From the NCBI RefSeq assembly GCF_039654945.1, contig NW_027361700.1:14570001-14634000 (forward strand): a DNA stretch of 64,000 bases. Direction: 5' to 3'. The stretch's first letter is position 1, and each line of letters opens with the position of its first letter. Positions 1 to 13,700 of this stretch are shown here, piece after piece. A program made the translations under genes and the position numbers. This DNA comes from Dendrobates tinctorius (Eukaryota). The notes under the pieces were generated by a model, which did no database searches, had not been told where the DNA came from, and saw only the letters and a list, made by a program, of their open reading frames with translations.

Positions 1-789
<789 letters not shown>

Positions 790-1004
790 TAGATGTAAAA
801 TATAATGTCATAACTTCAATTTATATGCCATCCTGATAATCCTTCATTAGCACATGGAATTCACATCACAGTGGAGACGTGCCAACTCCATGATATCACC
901 CCTAATGTTTGTGCAAATCATACTGGGGTTCTCCAGGAGCCTTTATACTGTAGGATATTATAAACATTAAGATATGAATTTAGCAATATACAAAATGGGA
1001 TCTA

Positions 1005-2679
1005 CACATGTGGTCAAAATTGTTGGTACCCCTCATTTAATGACAGAAAAACCCACAATGGTCACAGAAATAGCTCGAATCTGACAAAAGTAATAAATAA
1101 AAAATCTATGAAAATGGACAAATGAAAGTCAGACATTGCTTTTCCACCATGCTTCCACAGAATTTAAAGAAAAATAAAACTCATGAAATAGGTTTGGACA
1201 GAAATGATGGTATCTCTGAAAATAATATGACAAAAGGGACATGTGAAATCAAGGTGTGTCCACTAATTAGCATCACAGGTGTCTACAATCTTGGAATCAG
1301 TGAGTGGGACTGTATAAAGGACTACAGATACTCACTGTGCTGTTTGGTGACATGGTGTGTATCACACTCAACATGGACCAGAGGAAGCAAAGGAAAGAGT
1401 TGTCTCAGGAGATTAGAAAGAAAATTAGAGACAAACATGTTAAAGGTAAAAGTTATAAGACCATCTCCAAGCAGCTTGATGTTGTTACTGTGACTACAGT
1501 TGCAGATATTATTTGGACATTTAAGTTCCACGGGACTGTAGCCAACCTCCCTGGACGTGGCCGCAGGAGGAAATTTGTTGACAAATCAAAGAGATGGATA
1601 ATACGAATGGTAACAAAAGAGACCAGAAAAACTTCTAAACAGATTAAAGGTGAACTTCAAGCTCAAGGAACATCAGAGTCAGATCGCACCATCCGTCCTT
1701 GTATGCGCCAAAGTGGACTTCATGGGAGAAAAAAATAAAAAAAAACCTGACTGGAATTTGCCAAATCACATGCTGACAAGCCACAATGCTTCTGGGAGAA
1801 TGTCCCATGGACAGAGGAGACCAAACTGGAACTTTTTGGCAAGGTACATCAGCTCTATGTTCACAGATGGAAAAATGACGCATATCAAGGAAAGAACACT
1901 GTCCTTACTGTGAAACATAGGGGAGGCTCTTATGTTCTGGGGCTGCTTTGCTGCATCTGGCACAGGGTGTCTAGAATCTATGCAGGGTACAATGAAATCT
2001 CAAGACTATCAGGGATTCTAGAGAGAAATGTGCTGCCCAGTGTCAGAAAGCTTGGTCTCAGTCACAGGTCATGGGTCAACAGGATAAAGACCCAAAACAC
2101 ACAGCTAAAAACATCCAAGAATGGCTAAGAAGAAAACATTGGACTATTCTGAAGTGGCCTTATAATAATAATAATAATTAATAATAATTTTTATTTATAT
2201 AGCGCCAACATATTCCGCAGCACTTTACAATTAAAGTGATTGAGCCTTCTATGAGCCCTGACCTAAATCCTATTGAGCATCTTTGGAAAGAGCTGAAACA
2301 TGCCGTCTGGAAAAGGCAACCTTCAAACATGAGACAACTGGAGCAGTTTACTCTTGAGCAGTGGGCCAAAATACCTGTCGAGAGGTACAGAAGTCTCACT
2401 GACAGTTACAGGAATCGTTTGATTGCAGTGATTGCCTCAAAAGGTTATGCAACAAAATATTAAGTTAAGGGTACCATCATTTCTGTCCAGGCCTATTTCA
2501 TGAGTTTTATTTTTTAAAACATTCTGTTGAAGAATGGTTGAAAAGCAATGTCTGACTTTCATTTGTTCATTTTCATAGATTTTTTATTTATTACTTTTGT
2601 CAGATTCAAGTTATTTCTGTGACCAATGTGTGTTTTTCTGTCATTAAACAAGGGGTACCAACAATTTGGACCACGTGTG
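1005..2679 (+). mobile_element. Full-length degenerate Tc1 element
   Basis: Long TIRs (CACATGTGGTCAAAATTGTTGGTACCCC / GGGGTACCAACAATTTGGACCACGTGTG), TA on both sides, frameshifted transposase ORFs 1304-1738 and 2236-2463. Confidence 0.92.
2161..2237 (-). mobile_element. Very short L2/SINE-type 3' tail inserted in the Tc1 transposase
   Basis: Minus strand TGTAAAGTGCTGCGGAATATGTTGGCGCTATATAAATAAAAA followed by (TTA)n; resembles the L2 tail at about 53385-53430; interrupts the [11 protein letters not shown] region. Confidence 0.65.
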
Positions 2680-3417
2680 TAGATATTTCAGATTTTATAT
2701 CTTACCTACACTATTATTGACAATAGGGACACCTATACATTACATTGACCAGATGAAGAGGAGAATCTAGATTTTCCTGAACCTGGGGCAAAAATTCAGT
2801 TTGGTGCCCCCTACTACACATAGCTTGAGTGGTTGGAGTAGTCACTATATGATCACTCATATGCGATTTGCGCAATTACAATCAAATGCCGACTAGCTTC
2901 TCCTCCAAATATTCTCAATGTTTAGTGCAAAGCTACAGCCCCCGATTCATTGAGTTACGTAGGAAGAGAAGCTCATCACCACGTGACCGTAAGTATGAAA
3001 ATCACATAAGTGGTCCTGTGATGACCGTGGGAGCTGACACGCAAAACTGAATCCTAACAGCAAGTATATTACACACGGTTAGGATTTGGCATGCTATAGG
3101 GCCTAATTTTATAATTAATGCTCATAACATAAATACAGATGTAAAAATAAAGAGGAGTATGGCATTCCTTTAGATAGGTATGTGCACAGATAGGGTCCCA
3201 ATCCATAAAAACTTGGAAAAAATTGAATCCGGCACGCTTTTTAATTGCAATTTATGGACTCCAAGAATTGTGCAGGAGACAAATTTTGATGTTTCGATCT
3301 CATGGACCTTCATCAGACATACACTAAAAAAATCAGATGCATACATACATTCATGTATGTATAATTTTTTTTGGAGTATATCTAATGAAGGTATAAATGT
3401 ATCTGTTTTTTGGTTTA

Positions 3418-4946
3418 TAGTTATGGCTCAAAGTGTTGTTGGCACCCTTAAAATTGTTCCAGAAACTTTTTGCAATTACACGTTTATTTCCTTTGTGTGT
3501 ATTGGAACAACACAAAAAAAAAAAAAAACAGAGAAAAGAGGCAAATTGGACATCAATTCACATGAAACTCCCAAAATGGCCAGACAAAATTGTTGTCACC
3601 CTCAACTTAATATTTAGCTGCATTCCCTTTGGAATAAATAACTGCAAAGAATTGCTTCTTATAACCATCAACAAGCTTCTTACACCTCTCAACTGGAATT
3701 TTGGATCACTCTTCTTTTGCAAACTGTTCCAGGTCTCTCATATTTGAAGGGTGCTTTCTCTAAACAGAAATTTTAATAATTATTCACAGGTGTTCAATGG
3801 TATTTAGATCCAGACCCATTGCTGGCCACTTCAGAACTCTCGAGGCTTTGTTTCTATCCATTTCTGGGGGCTTCTTGAAGTATTTTTGGAGTCATTGCCC
3901 TTATGGAAGACCCATGACCTAGGACGAAAACCCAGCTTTCTGACACTGGGCACTACATTGCAACTCAAAATCCTTTGATAATCTTCAGATTTCATGATGA
4001 CTTGCACATGGTCAAGGTACACAGTGCCAGAGGCAGAAAAACAACCCCAAAAGGTCTTTAAAACCTCCACCATGACTGTAGGTGCTGTGTTCTTTTCTTT
4101 GTAGACCTCATTCCATTTTTGGTAAACAGTATCTTTACCAAACAGCTCTATCATGGTTTTATCTGTCCAAAAGATGCCTTCCCAGAAGAATTTTGGCTTA
4201 CGTCAGGTACTCGTTTTTTTTTATGTCTCTGTGTCAGCAGTGGGGTCCTCCTGGGTTTCCTGCCATAGCATTTCATTCAAATGTGGACAGATAGTGCTAA
4301 CACTGATCCACCTGAGCTTGTAGAACAGCTTGAATTTCTTTGGACCTTGATTGGGACTGCTTATACACCATCTGGACTATCCCACATGGCAACCTCTCCT
4401 CAATTTCTTACTGCTGTCCATGTCCAGGGAGATTAGCTACAGTGCCATGGGTTGTAAACTTCTTGATTATGTTGCACACCATGGACAAAGGAACATCATG
4501 ATCTCTGGAGATTGTTGATATTTTTCAACAATTTTGGTTCTCAAGTCCTCAGACAGTTCTCTTCTATTTCTGTTCTCCATGCTTAGTGTGGCACATATAG
4601 ACACAGAATGCAAACACTGAGTCAATTTCTCCCCTTTGTATTTGTTTCAGGTGTGATTTTCAGATTCCCCCCACCTGTTACTTGCCACAGGTTAGTTTGA
4701 ACGAGCATCATAAGCTTGAAACATTTAACCACAATTTTGGAAGGGTGACAATTTTGTCCAGCCCATATTTGTGGTTGTTTTGTGTGAAATTATCTACAAT
4801 TAGCCTTTTTTCTCATGCTCTTCCAGTACACACAAAAGGAAATAAACCGGTGTAGAAAAAAAATGTGTAATTGCAATAATTTTTCTGGAGAAATACTTCA
4901 TTTTCAGGAACAATTTCAAGGGTGTCAACACTTTCAGCCATGACTG
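3418..4946 (-). mobile_element. Degenerate Tc1 element
   Basis: TIRs with flanking TA; ORF 3831-4154 (FWGCFSASGT...MKSEDYQ) related to the element at 1-789. Confidence 0.88.
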
Positions 4947-4974
4947 TATATCTGATGAAGTTATAAATGTATTA

Positions 4975-5680
4975 GTAAAAGAAAAAAACAAAGTTCACAT
5001 CAGCTCACCGCACAATAGGTGTGGTGCACGGACAAATCTAGACTCCGGTGTCAGGTATTTAGATATGAAGAAAAAAAAAAGCAAAAAGTCCAGCTACCGC
5101 AAACAAAATTTTTTTTTTTAGAAAAAAAAAGTGAAAATATATTATTGAAAATATCATTTACTTGAATGCACTGAAAACAACAAAAAACATAGCATTTAGG
5201 TGTGTGCACACGCTGCGGATTTTTCCACGCGGATTTTGCAAAATCCGCAGGTAAAAAGACCTGCGCTTTATCTGCGGTTTTACACCTCTACAATGGAGCA
5301 GGTGTGAAACCGCTGCGGATTCCGCACAAAGAAGTGACATGCTGCGGTTTTGAAACCGCAGCCAATCCGCACAGAAAAAATCCGCACCATGTGCACTGCG
5401 GTTTTTGTTTTCCATTGAAAATAAGGGTACTGTACACCGTAGCAAAAACTGCTGCGGATCCGCAGGGCCAAATCCGCTGCGGATCCACAGCAGAATCCGC
5501 AGCGTGTGCACACACCCTAAGGTCTACGCGTTTCGAGAGCTACCACGCTCTATCATTGCGTGGTAGCGCATGAAATGCGTAGGTCTAATGCTATGTTTTT
5601 TCTTTTTTTTGAGCATTCAAATAAATGATGCTTTTAATATTTTTTCACTTGTTTTTCTAAAAAAAAAATTGATTTTTTTT
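4975..5680. mobile_element. Penelope-like inverted pLTR remnant, interrupted by a MITE
   Basis: Inverted arms at about 5107-5198 and 5585-5670; core carries CGAAACGCGT on the minus strand (hammerhead-like, degenerate). Confidence 0.5.
5199..5517. mobile_element. PIF/Harbinger-type MITE
   Basis: TIR GGTGTGTGCACACGCTGCGGAT, TTA/TAA flanks, internal GCGGAT palindromes; same family as 46678-47001. Confidence 0.8.
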
Positions 5681-5756
5681 ATATAAATAGAGGTTTAGTA
5701 ATCCTTATCTTGTGAGATGGTACAACAATTTCTTTACATAGCCATGTATCATGTTA

Positions 5757-6311
5757 GGCCTCTTTCACACTTCAGTCTTTTGACGTCAGTCGAAATCCAC
5801 CCTTTTTTTAAAAAAACTGATGTTTTTTCTTTTGGCGGAATCCGTTTTTTTCCTCAGACTTGCATAGTGGCGGATTGACGGATGGCTGTCCATTGCATCC
5901 ATTATTTGACGGATCCGTCGGAATTTCAGCGTCCGCCGTCTGGAGCAGACACTAACGTTTTTTGTCTGTGTTGAAATGACGGATTGCGTTGGCTAGAATG
6001 GAAGCCTATGTGCGGTGGATCCGTTGCAAGTCGTCAAATCACGGAATCCGTCAACGGATTCCGCTTTTTTAAACTGAGCATGCCTGGAAGAATTTCCATT
6101 CATTAAAGTTAACCCCAAAAGGACAGAAAATTCTCTTTTTCTTTCTCTTGCAGAGTTCTGTTCCTTTAAATTTCATACACTTCCTGCTGCAACGGATCCT
6201 TCCAAAAAACGGATCCGGTACATCAGTTTTTTGCAAATCTGCAACGGATCCGTTTTTTCACACTTTGACAGTTTGGAACTGACGTCAAAAGACTGAAGTG
6301 TGAAAGAGGCC
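5757..6311. mobile_element. PIF/Harbinger-type MITE
   Basis: TIR of about 33 bp GGCCTCTTTCACACTTCAGTCTTTTGACGTCAG; TTA duplicated on both sides. Confidence 0.85.
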
Positions 6312-6446
6312 TTATCTGACACGTTATAGTTTTCTACATGTGTACAGGACCAGAACCAATAACAGTACACAGTGGTGTAACTACAAAGTTATGGGCCTCG
6401 GTGCAAACTTTCAAATGGGGGCCCCCCCCATGCCGAAATACACGCA

Positions 6447-6965
6447 CATCTCCGCTCCGTACACCTCGTACACGTGCGGCTCCGCTCCATACACCCGGTA
6501 CACGTGCGGCTCCGCTCCGTACACCCGGTACACACGCGGCTCCGCTCCGTACACCCGGTACACACGCGGCTCCGATCCGTACACCCGGTACACACGCGGC
6601 TCCGCTCCGTACACCCGCGGCTCCGCTCCGTACACCCGGGGCTCTGCTCCGTACACCCGGTACACATGCGGCTCCGCTCCGTACACCCGGTACACACGCG
6701 GCTCTGCTCCGTACACACGCGGCTCCGCTCCGTACACACGGTACACACGCGGCTCCGCTCCGTACACCCGGTACACACGCGGCTCCGCTCCGTACACCCG
6801 CGGCTCCGCTCCGTACACCTCGTACACACGCGGCTCCGCTCCGTACACCTGGTACACACGTGGCTCTGCTCCGTACACCTGGTACACACGTGGCTCTGCT
6901 CCGTACACCTGCGGCTCCGCTCCGTACACCTCGTACACACACAGCTCCGCTCCGTCCACCTCTTA
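6447..6965. repeat. GC-rich minisatellite: 30-bp unit TCCGCTCCGTACACCCGGTACACACGCGGC with 21-bp deletion variants
   Basis: Directly visible tandem units; produces stop-free ORFs in all six frames. Confidence 0.95.
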
Positions 6966-7000
6966 CACACACGACAGTCAGGTGGCCACGTGCTTTAGAC

Positions 7001-7162
7001 CAGGGTTTCCCAACTCCAGTCCTCAAGGCACACCAACAGATCATGTTTTCAGGATTTCCTTAGTATTGCTCAGGTGATAATTGCTTCACCTGTGCAATAC
7101 AAAGGAAATCCTGAAAACATGATCTGTTGGTGTGCCTTGAGGACTGGAGTTGGGAAACCCTG
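7001..7162. mobile_element. hAT-type palindromic MITE
   Basis: Near-perfect 162-bp hairpin CAGGGTTTCCCAAC...GTTGGGAAACCCTG; 8-bp TSD CTTTAGAC at 6993-7000 and 7163-7170. Confidence 0.92.
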
Positions 7163-8881
7163 CTTTAGACCACTCCATTTGAAACCTGATGTTGTGCTTG
7201 GTGATGTAAGGCTTGGATGCAGATGCTCAGACATTGAAATCCATGCCATGATGCTCCCAGTACACAGCTTTTGTGTTGACATTATTGCCAGGTTTCTGAT
7301 TCTGCAGGTATTGAGTCAGCAGAGTGTTGATGACTTTTATGCACGATGCTCCTCAGCACTTGGGGCCCCGCTCTGTAACTTTACATGATCTGCACTTCGC
7401 GGCTGATGTGTGGTGGTTTCTAAAAGCGTCTACATTTCAATACTATCACTCACCAGTGAAGGTGGAATATTTAGGAGGGAAGACATTTCATGAGCTGCTG
7501 ATCTTACGATGACATTATTACAGGCCCACACTGGTATTCGTGAGCTCTGTAGAACCACCCATTCTTTCAAACATGTTGGCAGCCTGCATAGTGAGGGGCT
7601 GGATATTATAGATCTGTGATGATGGAACAGAACAATAAACCTGGATTCAGTAAGAGGTTTGTGCCAGTAAGCTCATCCATAAAGGGCATGAAAAGTAGAA
7701 AAAAAGGGGCAAGAATATACAGTATTAGCAATGTGACGACAGGAGGACATGACGCATATCAGCCCATAAAGACATACACACAGGCTGGGGGTCTCCTGTG
7801 TGTGCGCTGCTGTTCAGCTAATTGATTGAGCAGCACAGCAGACGTTTAATTAAAGGGAAGGGAAACCCAGTGTCACACAGGAGCAGATGGACCGAGCCCT
7901 AATTGGTAATTATCCTGTGCGTGCCAGCTGAGAAGGCACTGCGGCCTGTGCAGAGGGGACACAGCCTGTCACCACTGACAGGTGACAACGTCCAGGAAAC
8001 AGGGATGCTGGCTACATAGCAGCCACAGGGAAGAGAGTGCAGCCTGTCTGTGGGGGATGGTGCACAATGCAAAGCAGGGAAGACACCCAGTGTGGAAAGA
8101 CAACAATTACCCTGGGAGACTAATGTGGAAAAAGGCTGGCGATTTACAGTGCACCGGCGAGCGTGCATACTAAAGTCGGAAATCATCTCTTTAGGACAGC
8201 CTACGTAATGGTGGCTAATAGTAGTCACTGTGCACGCCCGCTGAGAGCCCATGACGTCATCATTTTCTACGGCAGCAGAAAGCCTCGGATATCTAACAAA
8301 GAAGCCAGCGTCTAACATCCGCCTGTCTTACGCCAATTAGACCGCAGCTCTTGGCCGAGTAATGGGAATATTGTATGGAGATGTCGGCGTTTAATCGCCT
8401 AGACCCCAACTATATGATTCTATACGAGACAGGGGTAACAAAGAAAAGAAAAGTAGAAAATGCACAAAATATGGCCATGTTTTTATTTCTGATATGCTCA
8501 CTGTTAATATTCCCAGGACGCTGATCTTGGAGGTCACGGCTACAGAGGGCACTATTTAATTGGGCTTCTCTATATGGACCACTTACAGAATTTGAGATCC
8601 TAGGACTTATCAAGATGAGGATACATCTCCGGAGCGAAGACTGCCATTAGATATGTGCATGCATGTATGACGAGCCCACAAGGGACCCTATTACTACATT
8701 TGTGGATCCTACATAGGTTAGGGGTCATTTATAAAGTGGAAACCTTGGGAACATCATTATCAGGAATGTTGGGAATATTTCCTGGCATTACAAATAGGAA
8801 GATGGGGATTACAAATTATACAATTTATTCAATTACCATAGATCTATGCCTTCAGACGGCAATTTACTCTGACGTCAGCAA

Positions 8882-9177
8882 TAGTGATGAGCGGACGAGC
8901 TCGGATAAGGTGTTATCTGAGCATGCTCGGGTGCTAAGTGAGTGACTTCAGCGTGCTGGAATAACATGTTCGAGCCCCCACAGCTGTTCGACAGTCACAA
9001 CACAGGCAGGGATTTCTTGTTTGTTAGGCAATCCATGCATTTGTTGGGCTGTCGAAAAGCAGCGAGACATGCAGCAGCGGGGACTCAGAACATAATTTTC
9101 AAGCACGCCGAGGTCACTCGGTTAGCCCCCGAGCATGCTTGGATAACACCTTATCCAAGCACGTTCGCTCATCACTA
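8882..9177. mobile_element. hAT-type MITE
   Basis: TIR TAGTGATGAGCG...CGCTCATCACTA; 8-bp TSD GTCAGCAA/GTCAGCAC. Confidence 0.85.
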
Positions 9178-10645
9178 GTCAGCACTAAATCTACTCTAGC
9201 ATATTTTTGGGAAATCTGGAAATGGGGATACAATTCTTATTTTGCGTTTTCATGGTAGCCACTTCTATAAAGTGACTAACGTGATGGATTCTTATTGCTG
9301 AAACCCCAAGATCAGCAACAGACACAAGTCCTTATATAAACCCCGCATTAATAAATATAGACTCTATACAACTCTATATACAGTTAGCTAAAGAAATATA
9401 TGGTATTAAGCAAAATACAATACGTGTGTTTCCAATGTACTGTGGATGTTCATCTGGAGAAGTGTAAGAAAATAATACAAGGCAATCTCCCGTAATATAA
9501 GGATCAGCTTAGATTTCTTTCTTTTATGGCATCGACTTTAGACCAGTCACCCTTTCACCCACAGGGCTTGTTAAGACGAGCGTAGAAGTGGGCTGACAAG
9601 TAAAAATGGGATAGCACACCGACCAATGTAATTCAATAGGGATGTTCAAATGACAGGTTTTTTCACATTTGCATGAAAAAAAAAATATATGTTTATATGT
9701 TTTTGCAGCATACACAGTTCTCTTCTGTATGTTGGAAGCGGCTCACCCATTATTCAAGTCTAAGGGTGTAAACCCCCCCCCCCAAAAAAAAAAAAATTGA
9801 ATCCCATACAGACCATAAGTTTTGCTTCCGATTTTTATGGATACATTGCCATTATCATCATCATCATAGGAGACTGTATTTGATCATGTACATTTTGCAA
9901 TGTTGCCGTATATCACACAGACACGATCCTCATCTCCAAAATATGTTCACACAAAGATTTGTTGTCAAAATTCCTGCTTAAAATCTGTTCTTTCCATCTA
10001 CCGTAACTGAAATTGTTTTTGGAAACGAGGGCATCCAATTTTTTACAAACCATAGATATATGGGATTTTTTTTGTACAGAAATTTTTTGCAAGAAACCTG
10101 CCGTGTGTAAACATATTGTTAAAATGGCATAACCTACAAGGCAGCCTGCTCATGGACCACGTTCAATCCAGAGATCCAAGTCCAGGCTCCCATAACGCCT
10201 TCACAGCCAAATCCTGCAGTGTCATTTGTAAACCCATCCAGTAAGAACCCGACAAACCATGGCTCCAGCCCACTGGCAGAGGCGCAGGATGTGCTTACAG
10301 GTATGGCTCCGTGAGCCTGCTGATTAATAGATGCCATCACTCAGTGTCCAGCTGGAGGGTGCAGCTTCCCCCCCAGGAACCAAGATAACGAGCAGCCAGA
10401 ATAATGAGCAGTGACAGGTCACTCGTCATTCTGATGGGATGTAATTAGGGAGCCAGAAAGAGGAGAAAGCCTCGCATGGAGCAGTGTGGTACTGAGAGAG
10501 AGAAGCAAGGAGGGAGATGGAATGTGTCAGCCGCAGAATGGTCAGGAAGCAGACAGGTTAGAGATGAGGTGAAGTGTGTCATTGTCATTGCCAAATATTA
10601 CGTGAAAGGACAGCATGCCGTTATAACACTTTATAAAGATGATGT

Positions 10646-10651
10646 TTTAAT
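10646..10651 (-). terminator. Candidate CDK5RAP3 polyadenylation signal ATTAAA
   Basis: ATTAAA on the minus strand about 35 nt after the stop codon. Confidence 0.4.
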
Positions 10652-10685
10652 GTATAAACTGGAGTCGGAGGTCAAGTGATGACTT

Positions 10686-10751
10686 TCAAAGTCCAGTGCC
10701 GATGAGTTTCACCGGGCGGTTATTATATCGCTGAGATATATCTGCTTCGAT
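10686..10751 (-). CDS. CDK5RAP3: CDK5RAP3 exon 14, coding part ([21 protein letters not shown])
   Basis: cag|ATC...TGA; matches the human C-terminus IEADISKRYSGRPVNLMGTSL. Confidence 0.96.
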   Translation of the reverse strand: MEADISQRYNNRPVKLIGTGL

Positions 10752-13700
10752 CTGCAAGAAAAATGAAGAGATAAGTTGTCCTTTGTTTGGCAACTGCGCC
10801 ATTAGTTGGCCCATTAGGAACAGGCCCAAAAATCTGGATTATTAGAAAGGCTCACGTGATTGTATTGTATTCCATAAGAGGACTTTACACTAAATTTTTC
10901 ACGCTGAACTGGACACACGATGTAGTAGGTGCTGCAGAGCAGAATAAAACATTTTTTCGCCTCTTCATTGAAGAGATAATAGAACGCAACGTATCTGGGG
11001 GCATGTACTTCTTCCTCTTTCTGATGCTGACCAATCATAAGCAAGCAGCAACACACTGGAGAAAGAACACGCCCCCATAATAGCTTAGGGCAGGCTAAAG
11101 GTAGATGCATACTGCCAGTTTCACTGCAGTGATGGCATTTGCTGGAGTACAGCAGACCAGAGTTTGATTAACGGACAGCTTTCATTTCTCGCAGTCAGTA
11201 TGGGAAGGAATAGAAGTGTTGCAGAAGTTTAGTCTTATTACAAACACTTCTAATAGCTCTAGGCTCCCCAAGAAGAAGTCAGTAAAACTGGTGAAACAAA
11301 CACTGGGACTGCTCTGTCCTGACAATTATACAGGGACTTTTATAGGGGGTTAGCTTACTTGTCCCAGCAAATCATAGGCAGTGTCCACAAAACAACCCAT
11401 CTTTCTTATACTGCTAATTGCAATTATTACTGCACACTGTATAGGTAATAACTTGTTTGGAATCTGACCGCCAAGACCGACACCAACCGGTAAAACAGGG
11501 AACCTTTATATCTCGGTTTAAAATGACAGTAGCAGTGCTCCATTCATTCCCCATGGGGCTGGCGAAAGCCGTGCTCGACTTTTTCCAGCAGCCCCAGAAA
11601 AGTCAGCAGCTGTGGTCAACCTTTTCCTGCAGCCCTAGGTATCCGCCCCGTTGTTCCATCTTGTCACATAAATAAAAGTTCTGCAGATCTGTCCGGGTCC
11701 GAGAAGAGAGACACCCACCAATCAGCTATCATTAGCCTGTGGATTGGTCAATACTTATTTTCAAAAAACTTTAAACTGTCGGAAATATAGTCATGTATGG
11801 TGCGGTTACGAATCAGGTCACAAATCCCAGTCACGCTGGGAACTGCTGCCATATTACAAAAAGTGGCAGCAGCTTCTTGCTCCATAAGAAAGGCACCCGC
11901 CATTTCTACATATACCCATTCAGCTACTCCTACCGCTTCCACTAGCTCCCAGCGCTCACCTGCTTCTGAAGTTCACGACTCCGCTCTTGCAAAAGCACAA
12001 GCTTTGGCTCCAGGCTCTCCCTCTCCTCCTGCACAGATTTTCCTCTCTCCAGCCATGCCTCTCTTTTCCTCTCCAAGAGCTCTGCTTGCTTCAGCCGCTG
12101 TCGTAATAGGTCTGTTACGCGATCAACATACCTGTAACAAACATGATGATATCACATTTCCCCAAAAAGTGCACCCCCTGAATTAGTACATCGGGGGACC
12201 TCCAAAACACAAAACGTCATATCTGTCAATGTATCTAGAAAGCAGGAACAATAGAAGAAAATCAGATCACACTAACCGTGGAGAGGCTAGAATGAGGAAA
12301 AGATGGCGCATTTTGACATCCGTTAAGCGTCCAATTAAATCTTTAACATGGAATAACATGGCTTCAACTTTATTCCTGGTCTGTCCCTGCAGGATGGGTG
12401 GGGCCGTCTGGAACTGTGTGACGGTGACAACATCAGTGTCGCCATCAATACCCTGAAGCCACTGAGAGAGGAAGAGCTCCAACTGGCAGGGAGAAATAAA
12501 AAGGTTGGCAGGAAGGAAAAGAATGAGTGAAGGGTATGAAGGCACTTTTAAATGGGCCAATAGGTGTGAGAAAACATGGAAGCTTGATGATTAAATGGCT
12601 GCGATCAGCAAGTGAATGTGCAAAAGTATGCTCATGTAAGATGGGCTACTGATAATATGCTATATGTATGAGCATATAGCATATTAGCAGCCCATCTTAC
12701 ATGAGCAGCATGATGTAGGCAATGAGACCCTAAATCCAACAATGTATCACTTAATTTACTGGGTGCAGCAGTTCTGACACAAACACAGTTTTTAGATTTA
12801 GCAAAGCAGCAGAGCTGAGAAAGCTAGCCCTGCCCACACCTGGCTCTTTATTTACATTGTGTATGGTTATTGAGGTGCTTAGCACAGGAGGGTGCGGAGT
12901 AAGACTAGCAGTCTTGTGAGCATCAGACCAGGCAATGATAATCTCCTATTGATAAAACATTTATTACAAGTAAACAACAGCACACTGCTTGATAAGTGAC
13001 ACACCGCTGACATCTGTGTTTCAGCTCCTATCTCCTGCTGTCTTCATATTACATAGCAAAAACCTGCTGACAGATTCCCTTTAAGTGAGCATTGATTGTC
13101 TCGTTAATGAGGATTGCTGTTTACTGGGGCCAGAAATCTGCCCATGTAAATCAAAAATCAAGAGTTGGGGACAGAAAAAGGACAAATACATCATCAGTTC
13201 ATAAACTGGAATCAAGTTAAAGGAGAAGACAGGAAAGAGGAAGATGGAGGGGGGGGGGGGGGCGAGCATGGAAAAAAAATGCGGGGGCAAGAGCGTGACA
13301 CAAAATTATATGCAGAAAGAAAGCATGAGCGAACATGAATGAGGATGTAAGAAAAAAGATTAATGTCTAAGACAGAGGTTAAGGCTACAAAAGAAGAAAA
13401 ATGAAAGCACAATTGAGGAACACAGAAAAGTACAATAAGGAAAGACAGAATAAGAGAGAGGAGAGAAACGCAGGGACAAAGCCAAGAAAAAAGAAAACAG
13501 GGAGTAAGAGAGGAAGAGACAAAATAAAAGAGGAAGAAGAGGAAGATATACAGAAAGATAGTGTGACTATGAAGAAGGCTAGGAACATTAATAGATCAGA
13601 CATTCACCTCCATTAATTCATCAACGAACTGGTTGCGAGTCTCTGTGTTCTCGAGCACGGTGAGGGCATCGGATCCTCGAGCTACACCTGGAGGCACTAG

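Noticed and set aside
6334-7077. Six overlapping 170-245-aa ORFs with repetitive peptides
   Set aside because: By-product of a stop-free minisatellite and a palindromic MITE; no splice or gene context.
11797-12186. 129-aa plus-strand ORF
   Set aside because: Antisense shadow of CDK5RAP3 exon 13.
13200-13600. Purine-rich tract with a charged-residue ORF
   Set aside because: Low-complexity intronic sequence; exons 11 and 12 join in phase without it.
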